Assembly (NCBI GenBank): GCA_002269645.1
Contig: NIVC01002124.1
Span: 138,646-202,645, forward strand
Length of the DNA stretch: 64,000 bases
Source of the DNA: Macrostomum lignano
Lineage: Eukaryota
Direction: 5' to 3'
The notes below the pieces were generated by a model. That model was given only the letters and a program-made list of their open reading frames with translations, did no database searches and was not told the DNA's origin. The translations under genes were made by a program, and so were the position numbers. Positions 63,001 to 64,000 of this stretch are shown here, in pieces (positions within the stretch are counted from its first letter, which is position 1; each line of letters starts with the position of its first letter).

Positions 63001-63133
63001 AGGCATGGCCGCGCTGTGTACGGCATGGTGGCCCGGGTGCCCGGCCAAGGAGCTCATTGACGAGTTCCTGCTGGAGTTCTTCAATCAGATTACTCATAAA
63101 CTGCCGACTCCCGTCAGTAACAACCAAATGTAG
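57051..63133 (+). CDS. SGPL1: Sphingosine-1-phosphate lyase (PLP-dependent, group II decarboxylase fold): exons 57051-57300, 58949-59388, 60683-60954, 61379-61478, 61570-61806, 61888-61990, 62071-62189, 62977/62982-63133
   Basis: N-terminal TM anchor and the motifs [83 protein letters not shown] (PLP lysine), [15 protein letters not shown], and YGMV...IDEF. Intron 1 is GC-AG and the others are GT-AG. The last exon needs indel correction. Confidence 0.93.
57385..58912. repeat. (CTCCT)n polypyrimidine microsatellite filling SGPL1 intron 1
   Basis: About 1.5 kb of nearly pure C/T. ORFs 57051 (beyond exon 1), 57353, 57819 and 58199 over it are artefacts. Confidence 0.97.
59425..60640. repeat. 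Tandem repeat, 16-bp unit (gacccacactgtctat), SGPL1 intron 2
   Basis: About 75 copies. Confidence 0.95.
61065..61300. repeat. Tandem repeat, 45-bp G-rich unit (ggggctaggcaggagtgaggtgggtggcaatcagattgggggaat), SGPL1 intron 3
   Basis: About 5 copies. Confidence 0.9.
62240..62820. repeat. Tandem repeat of 15/18-bp units (ctctcacctctgaca / ctctcaccacatctgaca), SGPL1 intron 7
   Basis: About 35 copies. Confidence 0.95.
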
Positions 63134-63193
63134 CTAGTTAGTGTCAATTCTATTCAATCACCTGATCTGCTCGCTTCAATGATTACTAAATCA

Positions 63194-63199
63194 AATAAA
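63194..63199 (+). promoter_or_regulatory. Candidate polyadenylation signal (AATAAA) for SGPL1
   Basis: AATAAA 61 nt after the predicted stop. A second AATAAA lies at ~63395. Confidence 0.4.
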
Positions 63200-63400
63200 A
63201 AAATCAATCTAATTCGACAACCAACTCAACTGAGAATAATTCACTTGTCGAATGGCGTGTCTTACCTTTGTGACAGGGACGTACAGGGACGTCTGGAGAA
63301 CCCTGGACTGGAAACGGCCAACGTTTTTAACGTTCGGCCTTTCCTTCGCTTTTCTATTAATCTTACTAGTGCTTGTGTTAGTAACAAACAAATGAATAAA

Positions 63401-63903
<503 letters not shown>

Positions 63904-64000
63904 CTAGGCACCCAGTTTTGGCTTTAGATTACCGCTAGCAACCAGTCCAGAGGAGCTTCCAGAGATCCATGCTTTCAATCCAGCACCCTAGACCCAACCT

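Noticed and set aside
2868-63133. DAGL + GPCR + SGPL1 as a lipid-signalling gene cluster
   Set aside because: They are ~50 kb apart with unrelated genes between them, and nothing in the sequence indicates co-regulation.

Overview
Animal genomic DNA with spliceosomal introns, GC-rich exons and about 28 tandem or low-complexity repeat arrays. The style (80-110 bp default introns, CTAAC/CTGAC branch sites, 15-53 bp minisatellites) suggests a flatworm such as Macrostomum, but that is inference. Genes supported: (1) an intronless divergent rhodopsin-class GPCR (2868-4067, -); (2) the first three coding exons of a diacylglycerol lipase (5331-6994, -), with the lipase domain absent from the window, so the GPCR is probably nested in its intron; (3) mitochondrial ribosomal protein S31 (16052-17490, +); (4, 5) two near-identical intronless achaete-scute bHLH genes forming a convergent inverted duplication, with ~1.03 kb arms and an ~11.2 kb spacer; (6) a multi-exon degenerate centrin/calmodulin-like EF-hand gene not represented as such in the ORF track (~45.6-49.1 kb, +); (7) an 8-exon sphingosine-1-phosphate lyase (57051-63133, +) with a GC-AG first intron and apparent frameshifts in its last exon. 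Mobile DNA consists of MITE/foldback elements (two with 9-bp target-site duplications and internal 15-16 bp repeats, Mutator-like) and a LINE remnant. Most long ORFs in the track are artefacts of the repeats. No rRNA, tRNA or CRISPR array was seen. All coordinates and motif counts were done by eye.
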